From the NCBI GenBank assembly GCA_030827125.1, contig JAURFD010000003.1, positions 193,607-257,606 on the forward strand: 64,000 nt of DNA, read 5' to 3'. Positions within the stretch are counted from its first letter, which is position 1, and every line of letters starts with the position of its first letter. The DNA is from Candidatus Nanopelagicales bacterium (GTDB lineage Bacteria > Actinomycetota > Actinomycetes > S36-B12). Positions 57,093 through 64,000 of this stretch are shown one piece after another. The notes under the pieces were generated by a model, which was not told the origin of the DNA, did not search any database, and saw only the letters and a list, made by a program, of their open reading frames with translations. The position numbers were made by a program, and so were the translations under genes.

Positions 57093-58636
57093 GACGACAC
57101 CTCCGCGTTGCGATGGAAGTCCTCCGTGAAGTGGTTCAGTGCGCTGCGGACGGGGAGCGGAGTCAGTCCACCCATCGCGCACAACGATCCGTCCGTCATC
57201 GTGTCGCACAAGTCCTCGAGGAGTTCGAGGTTGTCCTGCCGGTCGACTCCGGCCACGATGCGGTCGATGACCTCCACCCCGCGGACCGATCCGATCCGGC
57301 AGGGCGTGCACTTGCCGCAGGATTCGGCGGCGCAAAAGGCCATCGCGAATCTCGCTTGCGCGGCCATGTCGACCGTGTCGTCGAACACCACAACTCCGCC
57401 GTGGCCGAGCATGCCGCCGACCTCCACGAGGGACTCGTAGTCGAGTGAGACATCCATCGCGGTCTCGGGCAGGTAGGCCCCGAGCGGTCCGCCCACCTGC
57501 ACGGCCCGCACGGGTCGACCACTCCGTGTCCCGCCGCCGTACTCCTCGACGAGTTCCCGCAGCGTGAGCCCGAAGCCGCGCTCCACGATGCCACCATGCG
57601 CGACGTTGCCCGCAAGTTGGAATACCTGGGTGCCGCGGGAACGATCAACGCCGAGAGCCTGGTAGTGGCCGGCGCCCTCAGCGAGGATGCCCGGAACGGC
57701 CGCCATCGTGAGGACGTTGTGGACGAGCGTGGGCCGACCGAAAAGTCCGGCGAGCGCAGGGATGGGCGGCTTGGCGCGCACCATGCCGCGCTTGCCCTCC
57801 AAACTCTCCAGCATCGCGGTCTCTTCGCCGCAGACATAGGAGCCCGCTCCCACGGCGACCCGGACATCAAAGGCGAGCCCGGATCCGAGTACATCGGCAC
57901 CGAGCCAGCCATCGAGACGTGCGATGTCGATCGCGGTCCGCATTGTGGCAATGGCATCGGGATATTCCGAGCGGATGTAGACGATGCCCTCGGACGCGCC
58001 CACGGTGACTCCGGCGATGACCATGCCCTCGAGCAAGGTGAAGGGATCGCCCTCCATGAGCATGCGATCGGCGAAGGTTCCGCTATCTCCCTCATCGGCG
58101 TTGACGACGACGTACTTCGTCGCGTCTGACGCCTCGAGAACCGTGCGCCACTTGATGCCGGCGGGGAAGCCGGCGCCGCCGCGGCCACGCAGGCCGGACG
58201 CGAGAACTTCGGCGACCGCCTGATCTCCGCCGAGTTCAAGAGCGCGGGTCAGGCCGCGCAGGCCGCCGGTTGCCCGGTAGGACTCGAGGTCGAGGGGGTC
58301 GAACAGGCCCATCCGGGCGAACGTGACGCGCTGCTGGCTGGCCAACCAGGGCAGGTCATCGACAAAGCCGACCCGAAGCGGGTGGTCACCGCCATTGAAG
58401 AAATCCGCTGCGATCAGGCCGGGTACGTCATCAACCGTGACCGGGCCATAGCCGATCCGTCCCTGTGGTGTCTGCACCTCGACGAGCGGCTCCAGCCACA
58501 GCGCGCCGCGCGAACCGTTGCGCACCAATTCAAGGTCGACGTGCTCGGCGACCGCCCATTCCGCAATGCGGTGGGCCACCTCATCGGCACCCACCGAGCG
58601 GGCAGCGCTGTCGCGCGGGACATAGATGGTGATCAT
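57089..58636 (-). CDS. fdsB: Formate dehydrogenase beta subunit (NuoF-like, FMN/NAD-binding)
   Basis: GRGGAGFPAGIKW and the 4Fe-4S motif ESCGKCTPCR. Confidence 0.9.
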   Translation of the reverse strand: MITIYVPRDSAARSVGADEVAHRIAEWAVAEHVDLELVRNGSRGALWLEPLVEVQTPQGRIGYGPVTVDDVPGLIAADFFNGGDHPLRVGFVDDLPWLASQQRVTFARMGLFDPLDLESYRATGGLRGLTRALELGGDQAVAEVLASGLRGRGGAGFPAGIKWRTVLEASDATKYVVVNADEGDSGTFADRMLMEGDPFTLLEGMVIAGVTVGASEGIVYIRSEYPDAIATMRTAIDIARLDGWLGADVLGSGLAFDVRVAVGAGSYVCGEETAMLESLEGKRGMVRAKPPIPALAGLFGRPTLVHNVLTMAAVPGILAEGAGHYQALGVDRSRGTQVFQLAGNVAHGGIVERGFGLTLRELVEEYGGGTRSGRPVRAVQVGGPLGAYLPETAMDVSLDYESLVEVGGMLGHGGVVVFDDTVDMAAQARFAMAFCAAESCGKCTPCRIGSVRGVEVIDRIVAGVDRQDNLELLEDLCDTMTDGSLCAMGGLTPLPVRSALNHFTEDFHRNAEVSS

Positions 58637-59169
58637 GCGCTCACCGCCGCTCGCACCGAGTCAACCGTGCATCGACCGCGCAACCGTCCATTGATCATCG
58701 CTGCCGGACCGAGCGCGCAGTCACCAAGACAGAACACCTCACTGATTTCGACGTCGCCGTTCGTTTCCCCCATGCGTACGCCGTATGCGTCCTCGACCGC
58801 GGCGACCAACTCGCGCGAACCCTGCGCCTGACACGCTTCTGCCACGCACAGCGCGATCACGGTCTGCGGGGGCGGGGTACGCCGGAGGTCGTGATAGTAG
58901 GTGAGGACTCCATAGACCTCAGCGCGAGTCACGTTCAACGTGTCCGCGATGAGGTCGAGCGACTCGTCGGGGACATAGCCGAACGTCTCTTGCAGGACTT
59001 GAAGAGCGGGGAGCACCAGGCGTTGGTGGGGCGCGAGCGCTGTGAGCACGACCTGCGCCTGCGATGCCGACCAGGGGGCGTGACCGGACACGGGCACTGC
59101 TCCTTCGCGAAGACGGCGGATGGCATCAGCAACTGCTGCGATGTCCTCTAAGGGTAGGCGACACGGCAC
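58633..59169 (-). CDS. fdsG: Formate dehydrogenase gamma subunit (NuoE-like 2Fe-2S)
   Basis: CVAEACQAQG...CLGDCALGPA cluster motif. I chose the GTG at 59169; the track ORF extension to 59445 overlaps the fdhD region. Confidence 0.78.
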   Translation of the reverse strand: MPCRLPLEDIAAVADAIRRLREGAVPVSGHAPWSASQAQVVLTALAPHQRLVLPALQVLQETFGYVPDESLDLIADTLNVTRAEVYGVLTYYHDLRRTPPPQTVIALCVAEACQAQGSRELVAAVEDAYGVRMGETNGDVEISEVFCLGDCALGPAAMINGRLRGRCTVDSVRAAVSA

Positions 59170-59227
59170 GCGCGGGAAAGGGGGTACGCCCCCTAGGCTG
59201 GCAGCGAATACCGAAGGGAGAGTCCGC

Positions 59228-60052
59228 ATGGGATCCACACAGCGCCGGCGCGTCGTGCACGTGCGCGAGGGCGCTGCCCACGCCGCTCCCGACGCGCTCG
59301 CCCTGGAGGAACCCCTAGAAATCGAGGTCGATGGGGCCACCGCCTCGACAACGATGCGCACACCGGACCACGATGTGGAACTTGCGCTCGGTTGGTTGGT
59401 CTCCGAGGGGGTTATCGCCCATCGCGACGACATCGCCGAGGCCAAGGAATGCTTCGATCGCGCCGGGGACTCAGACGAGGACGAGGTACGCCGGATCGTC
59501 CAGGTCCGTGGCCGCCTCCCCCTTCAGGTAACGCCTCGATTGCATGCCACGTCCAGCGCGTGCGGAATCTGCGGCTCTGACCTCATCGATCTCACCCAAC
59601 GGACACGACGCTGGCCACTTGACACCGACGACACACGCTTCACGCTTGAAGCTGTGCTCGCTCAGCCGGAGGCACTCCTGGCCGCCCAACGCGGCTTCAC
59701 TGCCTCCGGTGGTCTGCACGCGGCTGGGCTCTTCGACCTCGACGGCGAACTCGTCTGCGCGCGCGAAGACGTCGGGCGTCACAATGCCGTCGACAAGGTC
59801 ATCGGATGGGCGCTCCTCGAAGACCGCCTGCCACTGCGGGGACACTCTCTGCAGGTCAGTGGACGCGCATCGGCGGAGCTGGTCCACAAGGCCGTCGTTG
59901 CGGGAATCCCTCTGCTGGCCTCGGTGTCGGCGCCGACGACCCTCGCAGTCGACCTCGCACGCGAAACCGGTCTGACCCTGGTCGGCTTCGTCCGAAACGG
60001 CAACCTCAACGTGTACTCGGGCGGGCAGCGACTCGGGATCGCCGCCGACTAG
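59228..60052 (+). CDS. fdhD: Formate dehydrogenase accessory sulfurtransferase FdhD
   Basis: SSACGICG catalytic Cys loop and GRHNAVDKVIG. ATG at 59228. Divergent from fdsG with a 58-nt spacer. Confidence 0.88.
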   Translation: MGSTQRRRVVHVREGAAHAAPDALALEEPLEIEVDGATASTTMRTPDHDVELALGWLVSEGVIAHRDDIAEAKECFDRAGDSDEDEVRRIVQVRGRLPLQVTPRLHATSSACGICGSDLIDLTQRTRRWPLDTDDTRFTLEAVLAQPEALLAAQRGFTASGGLHAAGLFDLDGELVCAREDVGRHNAVDKVIGWALLEDRLPLRGHSLQVSGRASAELVHKAVVAGIPLLASVSAPTTLAVDLARETGLTLVGFVRNGNLNVYSGGQRLGIAAD

Positions 60053-60080
60053 TCAACGGGCGATGTCGTCACCCGTTGAC
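60052..60080. terminator. Hairpin between convergent genes
   Basis: GTCAACGGG-N11-CCCGTTGAC, a 9-bp perfect stem filling the 32-nt gap between the fdhD stop and the 60085 ORF stop. Confidence 0.45.
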
Positions 60081-60084
60081 GTCG

Positions 60085-60480
60085 TCACTCGTCGATGTCC
60101 CGCAGCTCAGCCAAGAGGTCGAGTCGCACATTCGATTGCGCCGCCTCGTGCGACACACGCGCGGGCGGCGCCGGACGTGAATCCAGTTCCTGTGTCGCCA
60201 CCGATCCCTCTGACTCACTCAACTCTGGCGCGTACATCCTGATGAGATCGAGGTCAGCGTCTGCCTGCTCGGGATGGACCCGAAGTTCCGGAGCGATGTC
60301 ATCGAGAGAGGAGGCATGGCCAGCTGCCGCCGCGAACCAGTCCGGGGTGCTCGACCGCAGGATCGGGAAGTGTCGATCACCGGCTCCGGTCGCGATTTGG
60401 TCGAGGGGAATGCCCTGGCGCAGCGCGACGAGCGCAAACGCCGACTGTGTCATGGCCGCATAGACCGTCCCGGCCTCCAC
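60085..60480 (-). CDS. Hypothetical protein, last gene of the ParA-like operon
   Basis: 131 aa. GTG start overlaps the ParA-like TAG by 1 nt. Acidic, with the C-terminal amphipathic tail LDLLAELRDIDE. I recognise no family. Confidence 0.45.
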   Translation of the reverse strand: MEAGTVYAAMTQSAFALVALRQGIPLDQIATGAGDRHFPILRSSTPDWFAAAAGHASSLDDIAPELRVHPEQADADLDLIRMYAPELSESEGSVATQELDSRPAPPARVSHEAAQSNVRLDLLAELRDIDE

Positions 60481-61991
60481 TAGTTGCCCCAGCGGAAGAG
60501 CCCGCGCTTGCGTGCCGCCTCACCACCGGGATCGGTGGGCAGCGTCGGGGCCGCCGGCACTTCACCGTCATCGCTGTCGACGTACGACTCGGCAAGTTCG
60601 GCCTGGGGCAGACACGCGCGAGCAAGTTGGTTGTAGGCCGGACCGAGGAGCGGGTGGTTCACCAACTCGTGCATACGGTGAAGATTCATGGCGGTAAGGA
60701 CGTCCTTCGTCGCCAGCGGGATCACACCGACAACCGGCACACCGAGACCCGCCGCGAGGATCTGCTCGCGCTCCATGCCGACGTTGGCGAGGGACTGGTT
60801 GACGATGATGCCGATCTTGTCGCGCGGGATTCCGAGGCCAGACTCGTCGACGGGTGCGGTGATCTCGCGAAGAGCACGCGCCATGCCTTGCACCGCGGTC
60901 GAGGCAAGTGTCGTGACGAAGAGGATCTCGTCGGCCTCCTTGAGCGCCACATCCGCGATGAGTGGATCGAGGTACTGCACCGAAGTGTCGATGACGACCA
61001 CGTCGTACATCCGCTGCAGGCTCCGGACGATGGCGCGGTAGAACTCAGGGCCCACCGTGTCCGCCGTGCGCGGACGGATCGGCGCGAGGAGGGTGTCGAT
61101 CCCAATGTCCTCGGCGGGCACGAGATTGCGCCGAATGCGCTCCTCATCCCAGACCGGCTGGACCCGGATATTCAACGCGGTCGGCATGAAGCGGCCAATG
61201 AGGGAGGCCACCTGGCCGTCACGGGTGTCGAGGTCGACCAGGCAAACCGATAGAGGGTTGCCGGCTTCGCGGGAGGCTCGCGCGATGGTCGCCGCGAGCA
61301 GCATGGACGCCGTCGACTTGCCCGATCCACCCTTGCTGGACGTGACGGTAATGGTGACCTGACCGGGCAAGCGCGGCCGGCTCAGTAGGTCCATGCTCGC
61401 CGCTGCCGGGTAGCCCGAGTCGGTGACGACGTCACCCTGGGGGTCGGGCTCAGGCATGCCCGTGATGGGTGGCAGCGATGGCACGTTGGATCCGGGGGCT
61501 TGCACGCTGGCCCGCCGCTCCTGCAGCAGGTCGACATCGCACTCCGGTGGCCAGTCCTCCGGGAAATCGACAAACTCATTCGTCTGCGCGCGCACCGCAT
61601 CAAGGAAGAGGCGACCACCCTGCTGCGCGGGCAGCAGGTGATAGGTGAGGTCGCTCTCCGACAATCCCTGCGCCGAGGCTGCTGCCGCGATGGCATCCCG
61701 CAAGGCATCAATGTCTTCGGGTTTCCATACCACAACGAAGACCGACGCACCCGCATTGGCCATGGCGACGATGGCTCGTGCTGTCTGCGCGCGCTCGTCG
61801 GACCGGTCGTCGCCGAGGGCGTCGGAGAAGACCAGGATGCGTGACTTGACGTCGAGCTGGCCGGTGGAGAGTGCCTGCCACATCGACGCGACATTGGGCT
61901 GGCGATCCTGCACATTCCACTGCGCGCCAGAGGAGCGGAGAACTTCGTGGATGACCGGTTCGGCGACCACGATCACACCGGGGGCGGTCAC
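60480..61991 (-). CDS. ParA/MinD-superfamily ATPase with an N-terminal receiver-like domain (CpaE/TadZ-like architecture)
   Basis: 503 aa. An alpha/beta N-terminal region of about 200 aa, a Pro-rich linker, deviant Walker A SSKGGSGKST, and Walker B-like VVVIDT. Confidence 0.8.
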   Translation of the reverse strand: MTAPGVIVVAEPVIHEVLRSSGAQWNVQDRQPNVASMWQALSTGQLDVKSRILVFSDALGDDRSDERAQTARAIVAMANAGASVFVVVWKPEDIDALRDAIAAAASAQGLSESDLTYHLLPAQQGGRLFLDAVRAQTNEFVDFPEDWPPECDVDLLQERRASVQAPGSNVPSLPPITGMPEPDPQGDVVTDSGYPAAASMDLLSRPRLPGQVTITVTSSKGGSGKSTASMLLAATIARASREAGNPLSVCLVDLDTRDGQVASLIGRFMPTALNIRVQPVWDEERIRRNLVPAEDIGIDTLLAPIRPRTADTVGPEFYRAIVRSLQRMYDVVVIDTSVQYLDPLIADVALKEADEILFVTTLASTAVQGMARALREITAPVDESGLGIPRDKIGIIVNQSLANVGMEREQILAAGLGVPVVGVIPLATKDVLTAMNLHRMHELVNHPLLGPAYNQLARACLPQAELAESYVDSDDGEVPAAPTLPTDPGGEAARKRGLFRWGN

Positions 61992-62212
61992 CGCGTTGCT
62001 CCAATGCCGGCGGGCCCGTACAACACGAATTCCTTGCGGGCTGCGGGCGACTCATCGGCGAGTCCCGGGGGGCCGTCCGTGTGGGTGTCGTCCACGACGG
62101 GGTCGGCCGCGAAGAAGTTGGATTCGACCGGATCCTCGTTTACGAGATCAAGATTGGCCAGGATGGCCTGCTGATCAACCTGTCCGAATGCCGAGCGCTT
62201 CGCTTCAGGCAT
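61988..62212 (-). CDS. Small hypothetical protein (about 74 aa)
   Basis: The ATG at 62212 overlaps the upstream gene end by 8 nt, and its TGA overlaps the ParA-like GTG (GTGA). Acidic, with no hydrophobic segment. Confidence 0.35.
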   Translation of the reverse strand: MPEAKRSAFGQVDQQAILANLDLVNEDPVESNFFAADPVVDDTHTDGPPGLADESPAARKEFVLYGPAGIGATR

Positions 62213-62636
62213 CGAGCGCCTCGGTCGATTCGAGGAGCGGGGCCGCCTCGTCGACCGCGGCAAATGCCACGAGCGTGCTGTGCGTGTCTACGCGCAGGTC
62301 CAAGGCTTCCAACGGGATATCCGCTGGGATGCCCTCATGGCGATGCCACTCCATGGACCAGTCCACCATCTGTCCGGTGGATTCCGCCGACCGCACGTCC
62401 GTGAGGTAGGGGTGGCCGGAGGGGATTCGCGCCTGGACAGTCGTGCGTAGGGAAGCAGACCAGTGAGGGGGCAGCTCGCAGAGGATCTCCACGAGGAATT
62501 GACCGTCACCGACCGGGGCCACGGCGCTGACTCGACCGCGGCCCTCGCGTACCAGGAACTGCCGACCGGCCTGGTCGACATCCACCCAGGAGCGCAACGG
62601 GACGTCCTTCCTCGCAGCATGCGGCAGCCGCCTCAT
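62205..62636 (-). CDS. Hypothetical protein (143 aa)
   Basis: ATG start in the same-strand operon context. I recognise no family. Confidence 0.45.
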   Translation of the reverse strand: MRRLPHAARKDVPLRSWVDVDQAGRQFLVREGRGRVSAVAPVGDGQFLVEILCELPPHWSASLRTTVQARIPSGHPYLTDVRSAESTGQMVDWSMEWHRHEGIPADIPLEALDLRVDTHSTLVAFAAVDEAAPLLESTEALDA

Positions 62637-62694
62637 GCTTCCGCTTAGGGTATCGGCTCAGCTCGCCTCACGCCGCCCCCTGAGCGCAGGTGGA

Positions 62695-63141
62695 TTATCG
62701 AGCGTTCGGGGCACCGAGGACCGGGCTCGTGGCCACGTGGCCCGGAGCCTCGTCAGTGGCGAGCAGCCAGGCACCCTCGACTCGGCGCAGGAGGGAATCC
62801 ACACCCTCACCCGGCTGCAGCAGGGCCACGCCGGCATTGGGCTGGGGCTCCGCCAGTCCCGAGACCAAACGCCGTACGACATCTGCCGCCGTGGGTAGAT
62901 CGCCCACACCGGTCAGCAGCAGCACGACGCGGTCAGGGCTCCCCCGCCAGATCCAGATCCGGTCTCCATCGCGCAGGACGGCACTCAGTGACTGGGCATC
63001 GACCTCGGCACTCCACGCGCCGTGACCGGCCAGAAGGGCGAGCCCATGCCGTTCGCCCCGACGCTGGGCACGCTCGAGCCACACCGATAGCTCCGGTCGA
63101 GGATCGAAGTCGGCGATGGGCGGTAGTGGCGCGTCACTCAC
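62695..63141 (-). CDS. Hypothetical protein (148 aa), possibly a degenerate GGDEF-like fold
   Basis: GTG start 27 nt after the prepilin peptidase stop. The segment LRDGDRIWIWRGSPDRVVLLL...NAGVALL...LLRRVEGAWLLA follows the spacing of the GGDEF core but lacks GG[DE]EF. Confidence 0.45.
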   Translation of the reverse strand: MSDAPLPPIADFDPRPELSVWLERAQRRGERHGLALLAGHGAWSAEVDAQSLSAVLRDGDRIWIWRGSPDRVVLLLTGVGDLPTAADVVRRLVSGLAEPQPNAGVALLQPGEGVDSLLRRVEGAWLLATDEAPGHVATSPVLGAPNAR

Positions 63142-63168
63142 GGGACCCCCAGCATCTCGGCATCTGCG

Positions 63169-63975
63169 TCATCCGACGACTCCGCCCCAGTATGCCGCGG
63201 CGATGGGCTCACCGACGAGAACCCCGATCAGCGTGCCGAGCAGAAGGAACGGCCCGAAGGCGATCCGAGAGCCGCGCCCAGCCCGATGCGCAATCATCAG
63301 CGCGATCCCCGCGAGGGCACCGACAATGAAGGCGGCCAGGAGACCGACGACCGCGCTGCCGAGGCTGATCCACCCCAGCAGGGCGCCCAGGGAGGGCGCA
63401 AGTTTGACGTCACCGAGGCCCATTCCTCGCCCGCGGCTCAGGGCCCACAAACCGCCCACCACCCCGAGCCAGATCACGACCCCCCAGGCCGCCGCCAGCC
63501 AACTGCCCGGATCGCCGAGGAGTTGAGCAAGAAGCAGGCCGCCCGCGGTCACGGCGAGCATGGGCAGCGTCAACGCGTCGGGCAGTCGATGGTGGTCGAC
63601 GTCGATCATGGCCAAGCACAGTCCGACCAGTCCCCAGGCCAGCAGCAAGGGCAACAGACCGAGCCGATCGGCCTGCCAGGCCCACCACCCGAGGGCGACG
63701 AAGAGGATTCCAGCGGTGAGTTCCACGAGCGGGTAGCGAGCGGAGATGTGCGCACCGCACGCGCGACAACGGGCGCGCAGGAGCAGCCAGGAGATCACCG
63801 GGATGTTGTCGCGGCCGAGGATCTGGGCACCGCACGACGGGCATGCCGAGCGAGGGCGGACGACGGATCGACTCTCGGGCACGCGGGCGATGACGACGTT
63901 GCCGAAGGAACCGAAGATGAGACCCAACCCGAAGAGCAGAACGGCGGCAAAGGCCAGGGTTGCCGCGTCACTCAC
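63169..63975 (-). CDS. Prepilin peptidase (A24 family aspartic protease)
   Basis: N-terminal Zn-knuckle CPSCGAQI...CRACGAHI. Catalytic Asp regions MIDVDHHRLPD and GMGLGDVKL. Polytopic membrane protein. Confidence 0.85.
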   Translation of the reverse strand: MSDAATLAFAAVLLFGLGLIFGSFGNVVIARVPESRSVVRPRSACPSCGAQILGRDNIPVISWLLLRARCRACGAHISARYPLVELTAGILFVALGWWAWQADRLGLLPLLLAWGLVGLCLAMIDVDHHRLPDALTLPMLAVTAGGLLLAQLLGDPGSWLAAAWGVVIWLGVVGGLWALSRGRGMGLGDVKLAPSLGALLGWISLGSAVVGLLAAFIVGALAGIALMIAHRAGRGSRIAFGPFLLLGTLIGVLVGEPIAAAYWGGVVG

Positions 63976-64000
63976 TTGCGCGACTCATTGATCTGCTCCG

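Noticed and set aside
60085-63975. Annotating the prepilin peptidase and CpaE-like region as a Tad/type IV pilus locus.
   Set aside because: There is no CpaF/TadA, TadB/C or CpaB, and no Flp or pilin-like ORF in the 4 kb. The small ORFs lack the leader plus hydrophobic helix. Genes beyond 64 kb remain unknown.
63968-64000. A possible 3' end of another minus-strand gene running off the right edge (frame ending TGA at 63968-63970).
   Set aside because: Only about 10 codons are visible, too little to call or to name.

Overview
High-GC actinobacterial chromosome segment with dense coding and many translationally coupled (ATGA/GTGA) gene junctions. I saw no rRNA, CRISPR array, IS element, transposase or integrase. 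(1) 1-28.6 kb is the conserved actinobacterial core neighbourhood: secA, comF, ahcY, mtrA-mtrB-lpqB, manA, phosphomannomutase, DUF3499, DUF5719-like, a large GT2 glycosyltransferase, whiB, the F420 genes fbiC/fbiA/fbiB and an NDP-mannose pyrophosphorylase. It carries local oddities: an inverted ahcY-lpqB block, a decayed CDF transporter, a pseudo-receiver LuxR regulator, and a GT2 gene with no canonical start codon. (2) 28.7-50.5 kb is one contiguous catabolic supercluster and the most interesting part of the window. It holds a betaine ABC importer, choline dehydrogenase (betA) and betaine-aldehyde dehydrogenase (betB) in one operon with a non-pyrrolysine MttB-family methyltransferase. Divergent from that operon lies iclR, a corrinoid protein, MetV-like and MetF genes, a methyl-THF:corrinoid methyltransferase, a reductive activase and a DUF1638 gene. 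These are followed by gntR, a dimethylglycine-dehydrogenase-family gene, etfBA and fhs. Read together they form a corrinoid-dependent glycine-betaine demethylation and C1-oxidation route in what looks like a respiratory actinobacterium. (3) 50.6-64 kb contains tRNA-Thr(UGU), a LacI regulator, an MsiK-like ABC ATPase and an 83-aa hyper-acidic protein with no basic residues. It also contains an NAD-type formate dehydrogenase operon (fdsG-B-A-D plus a coupled SDR, with divergent fdhD). The last operon has a prepilin peptidase, three small unknown proteins, a CpaE/TadZ-like ParA ATPase and one more unknown protein. All functional calls rest on motifs read from the supplied translations and on gene order. 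No database search was run.
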